Assembly: GCA_017456905.1 (NCBI GenBank)
Contig: JAFTIL010000027.1
Span: 22,352-86,351, forward strand
Length of the DNA: 64,000 bases
Source: Clostridia bacterium
GTDB lineage: Bacteria > Bacillota > Clostridia > Oscillospirales > CAG-272
Reading direction: 5' to 3'
This document shows, piece by piece, positions 53,079 through 64,000 of this stretch (position 1 is the stretch's first letter; each line of letters begins with the position of its first letter). A program made the translations under genes and the position numbers. The notes under the pieces were generated by a model. It had not been told where the DNA came from and made no database searches. It was given only the letters and a program-made list of their open reading frames with translations.

Positions 53079-54893
53079 ATGAAATCTAAAGATACTCTCG
53101 CATCAACACCCAAGATCACCCCACGCCTGATCACCACCGCCATCCTCGGCGCATGGTTCATCACAGCCTTCTTCTTCAGCTTCAGTGACAAATCGGTTCT
53201 TGACCCGGCAATGGTCTATACCAAGAGTCTTGCTTGGTTCATCGGGGTGTGGGTCATCCTCACGGGCATCATGATGGCCTATGGTGCCATTAGCCCCAAG
53301 GTCATTCGCATTGCGGCCTTTGTCGGTACGCTGATCTACTGCGTCCGTACGGCCTTTACGGCATGGGATAACTTCCTTGCTGTGGGTCTTTGTGCCGTTA
53401 TGGCTTTCATGTTTTGGCTATGTGATTTTGATTGGACTTGGTTCAGCAAAGCCACGATAAATTCCCAGGCCAAAAATATACTAACGGCGGTCATGGCTGT
53501 GGCAACGGGCGGTTTCATGCTGTTTCTGATGCTCATGGGTTACTTCACCTATACCTCCGAGGTGGGCAACAACACGGCGATTTATAACCAAATGCTGTGG
53601 CATATGAGTCAACACTTCACCCCGGATACAACCTTGGAGTTCGGGGAGACCGTTTCTCATTTCAGCGCCCACTTCTCGCCTATCTTTTATCTCTATCTTC
53701 CCTTTTACATGGCCATTCCCTCTCCCGTGACGTTGTACGTCCTTCAAACGGCGGCAGTTGTTTCCGCCGTGATCCCCCTTGCAAAGATCGCCAAGAGCAA
53801 AGGACTGACAAACGGCATGACGGTAGTGCTTTGCTTCCTGTTCTGTATGTTCCCTGCCTTGATCGGCGGCGCTTCGGGCGGTTTCCATGAATACGTGCTG
53901 CTTCTGCCCCTGCTTCTGTGGCTGATCTGGGCCCTGGAAGCACGAAAGATCTGGGCTGTGGCCGCCTTCGGCGTACTGTGTCTCTGCGTTCGCGAAACGG
54001 CAGCGGTGTATCTCATAGCCTTGGGGCTTTACTGGATGGTCTCACACGGCTTTGACAGAGAAAATCCAAACAAAAAGCAAGATCGCGTTTGGAGTCTAAC
54101 CCTGTTGGGTATATCACTGATCTACATAATCGTGGCCCTCACGGTCCTGACCTATGCAGGCCAAGGCACCCTCATCACCCGTTTTTCCAATATCACGGGT
54201 ATCTATAACACCAACTTTGGAACCCTTTTCAAGGAAATACTGGTCAATCCCGCTTTGACGCTTTACGAGATGCTGACCACCACCAAGCTGCTCTTCGTCC
54301 TGTGTCTTATGCTCCCCCTGTTCATATTGCCCTTTGCGTCCAAAAAGAGATCGGCACTAATTCTGCTTTTGCCCTTGGTGGCTTTGAATCTACTCAGTGA
54401 TTTTTCCTATCACATCCGTTTTGATTATCCCTTCGCCATGGGCAGTATCGCGTTTCTGTTTTATATGGTCATCCTGACCCTCGCAGAGCGTAAAGAACAG
54501 TCTGTCTCGGCTTCCAAGATCTCCCGCTGGATCGCAATTGCCTTTTGTTTTACCCTCATTGTGGGCGCTTATCGCGGAGCTAATGAGAGCTATCAGTTTG
54601 AATATCTGTTCAGTGGAACCCGAGAGCCTGCTGTGATCACCGAAGCCTTGAAAATCATCCCCAAAGATGCCTCCGTTACCGCTTCCAGCAGACTGCTCCC
54701 CCCCCTCGCAGATCGTGAGCAAGTTTATATCCTGAGTCATAAGGCAGATACGGATTACGTCGTACTTGATCTCCGTGATGAATGGAACCATCTGGCAGAT
54801 TCAAGCAAAACCTTGGAACAATACAGAGCTAACGGATATTCTGTTGTTACCATGACTGACGGTGTGATTGCCATATTGAAAAAGGGCGCATAA
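53079..54893 (+). CDS. DUF2079 family polytopic membrane protein, paralogue B
   Basis: ATG 53079 (AAAGGA upstream) is preferred over the TTG at 53034. Same architecture and shared motifs as 36035-37900 (FSAHFSPIFYLYLPFY vs LLSHFVVHISPIYYVLLPFY). Confidence 0.65.
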   Translation: MKSKDTLASTPKITPRLITTAILGAWFITAFFFSFSDKSVLDPAMVYTKSLAWFIGVWVILTGIMMAYGAISPKVIRIAAFVGTLIYCVRTAFTAWDNFLAVGLCAVMAFMFWLCDFDWTWFSKATINSQAKNILTAVMAVATGGFMLFLMLMGYFTYTSEVGNNTAIYNQMLWHMSQHFTPDTTLEFGETVSHFSAHFSPIFYLYLPFYMAIPSPVTLYVLQTAAVVSAVIPLAKIAKSKGLTNGMTVVLCFLFCMFPALIGGASGGFHEYVLLLPLLLWLIWALEARKIWAVAAFGVLCLCVRETAAVYLIALGLYWMVSHGFDRENPNKKQDRVWSLTLLGISLIYIIVALTVLTYAGQGTLITRFSNITGIYNTNFGTLFKEILVNPALTLYEMLTTTKLLFVLCLMLPLFILPFASKKRSALILLLPLVALNLLSDFSYHIRFDYPFAMGSIAFLFYMVILTLAERKEQSVSASKISRWIAIAFCFTLIVGAYRGANESYQFEYLFSGTREPAVITEALKIIPKDASVTASSRLLPPLADREQVYILSHKADTDYVVLDLRDEWNHLADSSKTLEQYRANGYSVVTMTDGVIAILKKGA

Positions 54894-54944
54894 AAACCTG
54901 CAGATCATCAAGATTTACAGAAAATTCTCAGATATCCCCTTGCC

Positions 54945-54973
54945 ATAGCATCCAAAATGTGTTATACTATTAT
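54945..54973 (+). promoter_or_regulatory. promoter of prfB
   Basis: TTGCCA, 17-nt spacer, TATACT. Coordinates are approximate. Confidence 0.4.
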
Positions 54974-55017
54974 AGTTAACGTAAAAACCAACAAGTTTAT
55001 CATAGAGAGGTACTATT

Positions 55018-56130
55018 GTGATCGTTGCATTAGAAGAAGCAAAGCGCGAACTGAATGACCTGCGCCCCGACGTTGAAGAGTTGGGCAACGCCCTCCGTGT
55101 AGAATATTTGGCTGCCAAGGTGGAAGAGCTGGAGCAGGAGACCCTGGCCCCCGATTTCTGGGGGAAGGCAGAATCCTCCAAGATCCTCCAGACCATCAAG
55201 CAACATAAGGATACTGTGGAGGGTTATCACGCCCTGTGCGCCCGTCTTGAGGATGCCATTGCGCTGGCTGAAATGGCCATTGAAGAAAACGATGAGAGCT
55301 GCGTTGAAGAAGTTCAGTCCGAGCTGGAAGCTATTAAGGAAGAAGCCGAGCACAAGCGTATTGAAGTGCTGATGTGTGGCGAGTATGACAATAGCACCGC
55401 CATCGTATCCTTCCATCCCGGCGCAGGCGGTACCGAGGCACAGGACTGGTGCCAGATGCTCTACCGTATGATCACCCGTTGGGCCGAGAGAAGCGGCTTT
55501 AAGGTCAAGCTTATGGATTGGCTGGATGGTGACGAGGCAGGTATCAAGTCTGCTACCATTATGGTGGAGGGCCCCAATGCGTACGGCTATCTCAAGAGCG
55601 AAAACGGCGTACACCGTCTTGTTCGTGTTTCTCCCTTCGATGCCGCAGGCAGACGACAGACCTCCTTTGCTTCCATTGAAGTCATGCCCGAGTTTGCAGA
55701 GCTTGACGAGATTGAGCTTCGTGAGGATGAATACGAATTCATGGCCTACCACTCCAGCGGTGCGGGCGGTCAGAACATCAACAAGGTCTCCTCTGCCGTG
55801 CGTATCACTCACAAGGCCACGGGTATCGTGGTGGCTTGCCAGACTGAGCGTTCTCAGCTCCAAAATAAGGAAACAGCGCTCCGTATGTTGAAGGCCAAGC
55901 TGATGGATATCAAGATCCGCGAGCGTCTGGATACCATTGATCAGATTAAGGGTAACAAGAACAACATTGAATGGGGTTCTCAGATCCGTTCCTACGTGTT
56001 TATGCCCTACACCCTGGTCAAGGATAACCGTACTAACTATGAGGAAGGCAACGTAGAAGCCGTTATGGACGGTAAGATCGACGGCTTCATCAATGCTTAT
56101 CTCAAGCATATTACGGGAAAGCAGGTATAA
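55018..56130 (+). CDS. prfB: peptide chain release factor 2 (single uninterrupted frame, GTG start)
   Basis: SPF tripeptide context (RVSPFD) and GGQ motif (SSGAGGQNINKV). The N-terminus aligns with B. subtilis RF2 across the usual frameshift site, with no in-frame TGA. Confidence 0.9.
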   Translation: MIVALEEAKRELNDLRPDVEELGNALRVEYLAAKVEELEQETLAPDFWGKAESSKILQTIKQHKDTVEGYHALCARLEDAIALAEMAIEENDESCVEEVQSELEAIKEEAEHKRIEVLMCGEYDNSTAIVSFHPGAGGTEAQDWCQMLYRMITRWAERSGFKVKLMDWLDGDEAGIKSATIMVEGPNAYGYLKSENGVHRLVRVSPFDAAGRRQTSFASIEVMPEFAELDEIELREDEYEFMAYHSSGAGGQNINKVSSAVRITHKATGIVVACQTERSQLQNKETALRMLKAKLMDIKIRERLDTIDQIKGNKNNIEWGSQIRSYVFMPYTLVKDNRTNYEEGNVEAVMDGKIDGFINAYLKHITGKQV

Positions 56131-56134
56131 TATC

Positions 56135-56165
56135 AACGGGCTGTCTCTTTGAGGACAGCCCGTTT
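56135..56165. terminator. bidirectional terminator between prfB and the symporter
   Basis: AACGGGCTGTC...GACAGCCCGTT. Confidence 0.65.
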
Positions 56166-56170
56166 GTACG

Positions 56171-57502
56171 CTATTTGGTATTCATATATATATCTGTCTC
56201 GGCCTTCACTTCCTTGTGCATCAGCATGAGAACCAAAAGGTTGATGAGGGTCATAATCCCTAAAGCGCCGTCGGCTAATGTCCATACGCCTGCCGGAGAG
56301 GCCAAGGAACCCGCTAAAACAGACAGCGCGAAAGCCAAAGGAAATACTTTCTCGGCCGAGCGACACGCTTTTTTCTTCTCCCCAAGGACAGCACGGAGAG
56401 ACGTAACGCCGTAATGTCCCCAACAAAGAATCGTGGCAACGCCAAAGAACAAAACAGCCACGGCAAAAAACCATCCCGCCCAATCTCCCAGTACTGAGGA
56501 AAAAGCCCCTTGAGCAATACGAACGCCATCGTTACCAAAAGAAGTCACGCCGCTATCGCTGACGAGAATGGCCAAGGCTGTGACAGAGCACAGAAGAACG
56601 GTGTCCACAAAGACCTCCACCAAGCCTAAAGCCCCCTGCCCCGCAGGGCTGTCGGTTTCTGCGGTGGCGTGTGCCATAGGCGCTGTTCCGCATCCGGCTT
56701 CATTGGAAACCAGCCCTCTCATAACGCCGTATTTCATGCTTTGCGAGGTAAAAAATCCTAAAAATCCTCCCCCAATGCTTGAATAGGCAAAGGCATCTTG
56801 AAAAATTTTGCTCACGGCAGGACCTATGCGGTCATAACGTAATATCAGCACGGCCGCGCAAATGGCCAAAAAGCCAAGCGTCATCAAAGGAACAATCTTT
56901 TCTGTCAAGGATGCGATACGAGGCGCACCGCCTTTCAGCGCCACGATGCTGAGAATACCGACGATGAGGCCTGTCAACCAGAGAGGTATGTGAAAGGCTT
57001 CTTGAATCGCGCCCGCAACCGCGTTGGCCTGAAGCATACTGCCCATGGTAAAGGTGTTGATAAGACATAAAAGCCCGAAAATAACGGCCAGGATCTTGCC
57101 GGCTCTCGGGAGTCCGATCCTCGCAAGACCGTCCCGAATATAGTAAGGTGCGCCTCCTTCGGGCATTCCTTTTTCGTCAAAGCGACGGTGCTTTACTGCC
57201 AGACAAATTTCGGCATATTTCAGCACCATAGCCACGAGAGCGCTGAAAATCATCCAAAATACAGCGCCCGCACCACCGAGGTACAGCGCCGTCGCTACAC
57301 CCACGATGTTACCGACACCCAATGTCCCCGCCAAGGCCATAGTCAAGGCCTTAAACGGAGATACGCCTGTGGTAGTTGTCCCTTTGAAAAGAGGCTTTAG
57401 TATACGTACAGGATGAAAAAGATAAAAGCCTCTTAACTTAAATATGTAGAAAAAGCCCGTTCCAAGTAAAAAAACGGGGATGGCAGACAAGAGGATCTGC
57501 AA
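56171..57502 (-). CDS. alanine/glycine:cation symporter (AGCS) family amino-acid carrier
   Basis: GVSPFKALTMALAGTLGVGNIVGVATAL and GMPEGGAPYYI motifs with more than 10 TM segments. I prefer TTG 57502 (GGGAGGTGGAG upstream); the track start at 57547 is also a TTG. Confidence 0.8.
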   Translation of the reverse strand: MQILLSAIPVFLLGTGFFYIFKLRGFYLFHPVRILKPLFKGTTTTGVSPFKALTMALAGTLGVGNIVGVATALYLGGAGAVFWMIFSALVAMVLKYAEICLAVKHRRFDEKGMPEGGAPYYIRDGLARIGLPRAGKILAVIFGLLCLINTFTMGSMLQANAVAGAIQEAFHIPLWLTGLIVGILSIVALKGGAPRIASLTEKIVPLMTLGFLAICAAVLILRYDRIGPAVSKIFQDAFAYSSIGGGFLGFFTSQSMKYGVMRGLVSNEAGCGTAPMAHATAETDSPAGQGALGLVEVFVDTVLLCSVTALAILVSDSGVTSFGNDGVRIAQGAFSSVLGDWAGWFFAVAVLFFGVATILCWGHYGVTSLRAVLGEKKKACRSAEKVFPLAFALSVLAGSLASPAGVWTLADGALGIMTLINLLVLMLMHKEVKAETDIYMNTK

Positions 57503-57628
57503 AACTCCACCTCCCTTCTTGAAGGCATTATATGTGGCTCGTCCCAACTTTAGAAGCCTTTGTTTCTCGGCATTTTTTTAACTCTCTGTTGCCTTTGTTA
57601 ATATTATGTGAATAATGCGGCAAACCTC

Positions 57629-57656
57629 TTGATTTTTTTTGAAATTGGTGTAGAAT
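57629..57656 (+). promoter_or_regulatory. groESL promoter
   Basis: TTGATT, 16-nt spacer, TAGAAT. Confidence 0.5.
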
Positions 57657-57665
57657 ATGTTTTGG

Positions 57666-57692
57666 TTGGCACTTGAACATCAAGAGTGCTAA
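57666..57692 (+). promoter_or_regulatory. CIRCE operator (HrcA binding site)
   Basis: TTGGCACTT-gaacatcaa-GAGTGCTAA against the consensus TTAGCACTC-N9-GAGTGCTAA. It lies between the promoter and groES. Confidence 0.85.
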
Positions 57693-57764
57693 AACCTGCC
57701 GACCTTCAGGTCGCATACTATGTATCATATGCGTTAAACGCACATCCTAAGGAGGAATAAACAA

Positions 57765-58052
57765 ATGAAACTCAATCCCCTGTCTAACCGTGTTGTGATC
57801 AAGTTCGTCGAGGCTGAAGAAAAAACCTCCGGCGGTATCATTCTCACCGCCGCCGCTCAGGAAAAGCCTCAGATCGCCGAAGTCGTGGCTATCGGCCCCG
57901 GCAAAGTCAACGAGAACGGTACTCTTTGCCCCATGACCGTAAAGGTCGGTCAGAAGGTCATTGCCAGCAAGTACGCAGGCACCGCTGTCAAGCTGGACGG
58001 TGTAGAGTATACCATCCTGCCCGAAGACGATATTTACGCAACCGTGGATTGA
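57765..58052 (+). CDS. groES: co-chaperonin GroES
   Basis: MKLNPLSNRVVIKFVEAEEKTSGGIILT... Confidence 0.97.
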   Translation: MKLNPLSNRVVIKFVEAEEKTSGGIILTAAAQEKPQIAEVVAIGPGKVNENGTLCPMTVKVGQKVIASKYAGTAVKLDGVEYTILPEDDIYATVD

Positions 58053-58080
58053 TCATCCCAACATAGAAATTTGGAGGTAA

Positions 58081-59724
<1,644 letters not shown>

Positions 59725-59744
59725 TAAATCGTCCCTGAAAATAT

Positions 59745-59782
59745 ACGCCATGCGCCCCTAAGAGCGCATGGCGTTATTTTTG
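59745..59782 (+). terminator. groESL terminator
   Basis: ACGCCATGCGC-ccctaaga-GCGCATGGCGT followed by TATTTTTG. Confidence 0.75.
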
Positions 59783-59799
59783 TTGAATTTCTTCTTGAT

Positions 59800-59828
59800 A
59801 ATTATTAAAAAGTATGTTATAATATCGC
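59800..59828 (+). promoter_or_regulatory. promoter of the 59858 gene
   Basis: TTGATA, 17-nt spacer, TATAAT. Coordinates are approximate. Confidence 0.4.
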
Positions 59829-59857
59829 TGATATCAAAAATTGGGAGAGAATGATCC

Positions 59858-61945
59858 ATGTATATCTTACAGCTTAATGGAATGTCCTTAAGTGTTGATT
59901 TTCAACAGGCTTGTATTTCGTCCCTTGTGATCAATGGACGTGAGCGTATCACAGGCTCAACGGCATTATTCCAATTGAGACTCAGAAACCGAGCCGGTGA
60001 ACCCCTTGTATTTTCCGCGCTTGATGCTCGCACCATCCAAGAGACGTCGGATGGCGCTGTCTACAGTGACTTTGAAAATCATACCGCTGAAATTCAAGGC
60101 CTTTCTGTGCGCGTATTTCTCTCTGATGATAACGGTAACGCCGCTTGGAGAGTCGCCGTTGAGGTTAAAGATGGGGCATATTTCGTGGAATGGATTGATT
60201 TCCCTCTTTTGCCTTTGCCTGCTTTGGCTGATAACAATCTGAACGGTGACGGAGGCCAAATCCTCCTTCCCTACAACGAGGGCGTGCTGATCTCTGATGC
60301 CGTGACACGTCAAATGACGGATTTTCGTCATTGGGATCCGGAATATCCGTCTCTTGGATGTTATCCCCTGTTTCCCAATATGATCTCTTCTCAGATGATG
60401 GCGTATCTTTGGGATGATGCGGGTCTCTACATCGGCGCTCACGATCCAAACCGTTCGGTCAAGGGAATTGACTTTTACGGTGATCACGAAAACACGATCA
60501 TGCAGATGCGGCTCTTCTGCGGCGTAGATTTCGGAGAAGATTTTAAAACAGATTATCCTATCGTTTGGGCTGTTACGGACGGCCGATGGACATCTGCAGC
60601 CGAAATATACAGGAATTGGTTTGAGTCTTCCCTGCCCCTCCGTACCCAAAAGATCAAGGATAATCCTGCGCTTCCCGAATGGTATGAGGACAATCCCTTG
60701 GTGGTTTCCTATCCCGTTCGCGGAATTCACGATATGGATGAGATGACGCCCAATGCGTTGTATCCCTATACCAATGCACTACCTTTGTTGGATGAGATCC
60801 GCACCGCCACGCAAAGCCGTCTGATGGTCTTGCTCATGCATTGGGAAGGCACAGCCCCCTGGGCACCGCCTTACGTTTGGCCTCCGTTTGGCGGCACTGA
60901 GAATTTCAACGCATTTAAAGAAGCCCTTCATGACAAAAAGGACCTTCTTGGCGTTTATTGTTCCGGCTTCGGATACACCATACAGAGCAATCTGATCAAG
61001 GAATACAATATGCAAGCCGAATATGACCGCGACGGACTTTTGAAAGGTATGTGCGCGGGACCTGACGGAAAGGTAACCATCAGCAAGATCTGTACGGGTC
61101 AGCGCTCGGGTTATGATATCTGCCCTGCCTCCGAGGCGGGACACGATCTGCTGACCAAGGCCTACGAGCCTCTGTTTAACAGCGGACTTGATTATACCCA
61201 GATCCTTGACCAGAATCACGGTGGCGGGCAGTATTTCTGCTATGGCCGTGACCACGGTCACGCACCTGCTCCCGGTCTCTGGATGACAAAGCATATGCAG
61301 GAAATGCTGGGAGAATGGAACGACCTGGCCCCCGGGATGCTCTTTGGCTGTGAATCTGCCGCCGCCGAGCCCTTCATCGGCAATTTACAGTTCAGCGACA
61401 ACCGCTTTGAGCTCAATTATTTTATTGGCAGACCTGTACCGCTGTATGCCTATCTTTATCATGAGTACGTGAGAAACTTTATGGGTAACCAGGTCTGCTG
61501 CCCTTTTAAAACCGAGGTAGACACTCTACGTTACCGCATGGCTTACTCATTCTCCATCGGTGATTGCATGACGGTGGTTCTCACGCCCAACGGCGATCTC
61601 ATGAACAACTGGGGAACACGGGATTTCGTTAACGTCCCCGATAAAGAAAAGACCTTCCGTATGGCGGCCAATCTGACGCGCTTCTACCACGAAAAAGCCA
61701 AGCCCTATCTGTATGCAGGCAGAATGATCTCCGGCAGTACGGTCATTTGCGATACTGTATCCTATGAGCGTAACTTTTTGGAAACGCCCATTGCCCTGCC
61801 TGCGATCCTTTCTTCCACCTGGAAAGCGGAGGACGGCAGTTGTGCCACGGTACTGGTCAATCCTCACGAGGAGGATAAGATCTGCCGCGTGGAGGGACAG
61901 GACGTGATCGTTCCTGCATTAGATGCGGTACTTGTAAAGATGTAA
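59858..61945 (+). CDS. large cytosolic hypothetical protein, possibly glycoside-hydrolase-like
   Basis: 695 aa with no signal peptide, rich in aromatic residues (W/Y/F). The neighbourhood contains carbohydrate-related remnants. I identify no catalytic motif. Confidence 0.45.
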   Translation: MYILQLNGMSLSVDFQQACISSLVINGRERITGSTALFQLRLRNRAGEPLVFSALDARTIQETSDGAVYSDFENHTAEIQGLSVRVFLSDDNGNAAWRVAVEVKDGAYFVEWIDFPLLPLPALADNNLNGDGGQILLPYNEGVLISDAVTRQMTDFRHWDPEYPSLGCYPLFPNMISSQMMAYLWDDAGLYIGAHDPNRSVKGIDFYGDHENTIMQMRLFCGVDFGEDFKTDYPIVWAVTDGRWTSAAEIYRNWFESSLPLRTQKIKDNPALPEWYEDNPLVVSYPVRGIHDMDEMTPNALYPYTNALPLLDEIRTATQSRLMVLLMHWEGTAPWAPPYVWPPFGGTENFNAFKEALHDKKDLLGVYCSGFGYTIQSNLIKEYNMQAEYDRDGLLKGMCAGPDGKVTISKICTGQRSGYDICPASEAGHDLLTKAYEPLFNSGLDYTQILDQNHGGGQYFCYGRDHGHAPAPGLWMTKHMQEMLGEWNDLAPGMLFGCESAAAEPFIGNLQFSDNRFELNYFIGRPVPLYAYLYHEYVRNFMGNQVCCPFKTEVDTLRYRMAYSFSIGDCMTVVLTPNGDLMNNWGTRDFVNVPDKEKTFRMAANLTRFYHEKAKPYLYAGRMISGSTVICDTVSYERNFLETPIALPAILSSTWKAEDGSCATVLVNPHEEDKICRVEGQDVIVPALDAVLVKM

Positions 61946-62167
61946 TATATAAAATAAAAGTAGCCGAGGGTGTCCTTTGTTTTTTTGTTGCAGTGGGGGG
62001 ACTTGAAAGGCCCACTCGCGTCATGTCTCGTTTTCTGCGCCAAACACAGTTTGGCTGGAAAGCCTCGCACTTGGGCTCCACGAACTCAACTTGTTGAGTT
62101 CTACCCACATCCCTCCGGTCGCTTCGCGGCGGGAGGTCTTGCTGAAAATCAATTCTCACTCTGTATG

Positions 62168-62206
62168 CAAAAAACAAAGGACACCATAGGTGTCCTTTGT
62201 TTTTTG
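62168..62206. terminator. perfect 18-bp-stem bidirectional terminator-like hairpin
   Basis: CAAAAAACAAAGGACACC-ata-GGTGTCCTTTGTTTTTTG. A degenerate second copy whose right arm is nearly identical lies at 61952-61988. Confidence 0.6.
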
Positions 62207-62317
62207 AAAAATACCATAATATTTGCTACAATGAGGCATCAAAAGAGCCCATTGTGCATTTATTCCCTTAATATCATTGCGGTATTAAGGGAATACGCAT
62301 ATTTCAAGGGCATTTAT

Positions 62318-62439
62318 CATTTGAGCCTATAGTAGCAGGTGTTCTTTCCGTTGCCCTCACGCGCAAGCTCACCCTCGGCAACGAGCTTACGAAGTGCGCC
62401 CTCTACCGAGCTGATACTCAGCGATGGACAAAGCTCCAT
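62318..62439 (-). pseudogene. remnant: C-terminal ~40 aa of a winged-helix DNA-binding protein
   Basis: MELCPSLSISSVEGALRKLVAEGELAREGNGKNTCYYRLK* looks like the tail of a wHTH domain. It has no N-terminal partner and no RBS. Confidence 0.45.
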
Positions 62440-62463
62440 AATATCCTGCTTTTTGAAGCGACA

Positions 62464-62703
62464 TTATAATCCACGCGCAACAGATCCAAACGGTATTCCG
62501 TAATCATCCGTTCCAGCTCGCTCTTTGCCCAGGCAAATGCCTCGGGAATCCGTCAGATCGATAAAATTCTCGCTCTGTCTGCCCAAAATATCGCGCGAAC
62601 GCCATTCGGGGTGCTCGGCATATGCTGCAGAAAATGCGCCAAGCCGTTCGATCTCTACCCAAAGACCGAATTTCATGCCCTTGACATGACAGTAGTCCGA
62701 CAC
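62464..62703 (-). pseudogene. frameshifted internal fragment of a GH36-like (alpha-galactosidase family) glycoside hydrolase
   Basis: SDYCHVKGMKFGLWVEIE...AEHPEWRSRD continues in another frame as IPEAFAWAKSELERMITEYRLDLLRVDYNV. Stop codons lie immediately upstream, so both the N- and C-terminal parts are missing. Confidence 0.5.
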
Positions 62704-62749
62704 TTCTTTTCCTTTTTATAAATTCAGTCAAACTTGGTTGATTTGGCTC

Positions 62750-63739
62750 TTACGCGATCATCTGCGTCAATCCGACGATCAGCGGCATGGTGATCATCGA
62801 AAGGATCGTTGAGAGCGAAACCAGTCGCACCGAAAGTTCGGTGTTTCGGTTAAATTTTGCCGAAAAGATCGTCGTCGTCGCGCCAACAGGCGCGCTCGCG
62901 CCGATGACCAACACGGTGAGAACGTTGCCCCGAACGCCGCACAGATACAGTACGGCGAGCAGGATCAGCGGATATGCGATCAACCGCATCGCCATACAGA
63001 AATATGACCAGCCGTCGCGAAATGCCGCCAACAGATCTGCCTTGCCGAGGTAATAGCCAACCATCAGCATCGGCAGAGGAAGATTGAGCGCGGAGAGTGC
63101 CGACAGAGCGTCGGTAACAAGAGAAGGCAGTCGAATCCCTACCGTATCACCAAAATGAACGTAGAGAGGTGAGGTAAAGATCAACAGACCGACGGCAACG
63201 CCAATGATACCGGGATTGAACAGAATCTTCTTCCAATTCATATTCTTTTGCTCACCGCTCATATCCACCAATCCCCACGTCCAGAGCGCAATATTGAATA
63301 CGGCGAGAAAGACCGCCGCATAGAGTGCGCCCTCGTGGCATTCGGGAGTATCAATCAATGCCTGCGCCAAGGGAAGCGCGATGAAGCCCGCGTTGGAAAA
63401 GACCGCCGCAAAGCGCATCACGCGTCGTTTGTTTTCATCCTTAAAGCGGAAGAGCAGATAAACCGAAAGAATCATAACCACGTGTAGCAGAACCGTAACG
63501 ATGGCGACGATGGCGATATTTTTAAGGATTCCCAACAGCTCTGCCTTGGTGTAGACCGTTGCGCTGAAAGCGTTAATGATGACGCAGGGCGTAACGAAAT
63601 ACATCACGATATCAGCCATACATTTGTTGGCTTCCTCGGTCAGAATACGGATTTTTTGACAAATAAATCCGAGTGCAATGATGATAAAGAGAAGTCCGAC
63701 CTTTTGGGCAACCGCCAAAAAGCTATCCAAAAAATCCAA
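62750..63739 (-). CDS. AEC (auxin efflux carrier) family transporter
   Basis: 329 aa with about 10 TM segments; N-terminus DFLDSFLAVAQKVGLLFIIIALGF. TTG start with AAGGAGG 7 nt upstream. Confidence 0.7.
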   Translation of the reverse strand: MDFLDSFLAVAQKVGLLFIIIALGFICQKIRILTEEANKCMADIVMYFVTPCVIINAFSATVYTKAELLGILKNIAIVAIVTVLLHVVMILSVYLLFRFKDENKRRVMRFAAVFSNAGFIALPLAQALIDTPECHEGALYAAVFLAVFNIALWTWGLVDMSGEQKNMNWKKILFNPGIIGVAVGLLIFTSPLYVHFGDTVGIRLPSLVTDALSALSALNLPLPMLMVGYYLGKADLLAAFRDGWSYFCMAMRLIAYPLILLAVLYLCGVRGNVLTVLVIGASAPVGATTTIFSAKFNRNTELSVRLVSLSTILSMITMPLIVGLTQMIA

Positions 63740-63758
63740 AGCGCTGCCTCCTTAAAGT

Positions 63759-64000
63759 TCAATAAATTTTTATCTCACTTGTTTCAATCCAAGGGATAAA
63801 GTTCTCATCGTGTGCGCAGAAATTTTCAACAAGTTCAACGCGAACGTATTTTGCCTCAATGGGCGTATCAAGCTCAATATGCTGCCAAGCCTCTTCCATG
63901 GTTATATCAAACGTACATATCTTGGTCCAGGCAATGTCATCTATTTTGTCTTCTTTGCGACGGAGCTTAAGAGGTTCATCGGTTGTAGAAACGTATATGT
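63759..64000 (-). CDS. C-terminal end of a discoidin (F5/8 type C / CBM32-like) domain protein (partial; 5-prime end off window)
   Basis: My minus-strand translation reads ...IAWTKICTFDITMEEAWQHIELDTPIEAKYVRVELVENFCAHDENFIPWIETSEIKIY*, the typical last strands of a discoidin domain. Confidence 0.55.
   Translation of the reverse strand, partial: IYVSTTDEPLKLRRKEDKIDDIAWTKICTFDITMEEAWQHIELDTPIEAKYVRVELVENFCAHDENFIPWIETSEIKIY

Noticed and set aside
61990-62170. Weak resemblance of the minus strand (…GAGACATGACGCGAGTGGGCC…) to the 3-prime side of SRP RNA domain IV.
   Set aside because: The GGAA tetraloop / AGCAGCC 5-prime side and the symmetric loop are missing, so the match is a few nucleotides only. 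I leave it as an unclassified structured segment.

Overview
64-kb chromosomal segment, roughly 50-55% GC by eye, from a spore-forming Clostridia-type Firmicute. Supporting features: ytfJ, a DUF2953/ytfI-like gene, a cotF-like gene, whiA, two DD-carboxypeptidases, an SLH wall protein, many TTGACA-N17-TATAAT promoters and GGAGG ribosome-binding sites. I call about 60 protein genes, 3 intact tRNAs and one tRNA 3-prime fragment. I see no rRNA, CRISPR, transposase, integrase or phage genes. The left 15 kb is a single minus-strand housekeeping run (lon, engB, M50 protease, scpAB, ytfI/J, dacB, rluB) that ends in an isolated fnlABC-type UDP-L-FucNAc trio. The 16-30 kb stretch looks most accessory. 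It holds a P1B-type ATPase and a TetR gene with face-to-face promoters and a twice-repeated palindromic operator candidate, a GH-like gene, and a 10-copy 12-bp G-rich tandem repeat. It also holds a CobW-type GTPase with a 5-6x tandem His/Cys module, a second CobW-like protein that appears fused to a DUF1980-like CC-motif domain, a UPF0340 gene, and a GntR(YtrA)-ABC operon with two large paralogous permeases. The right half is mostly housekeeping (tadA, murB-whiA, three RNA methyltransferases, prfB without a frameshift, CIRCE-groESL) plus two DUF2079 paralogues. It ends in a gene-decay zone. My best candidate for an undescribed system is the CobW / His-Cys-repeat / DUF1980-like cluster at 21.2-24.6 kb with its unusual upstream repeats. 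That is inference from sequence reading only; no searches were run.
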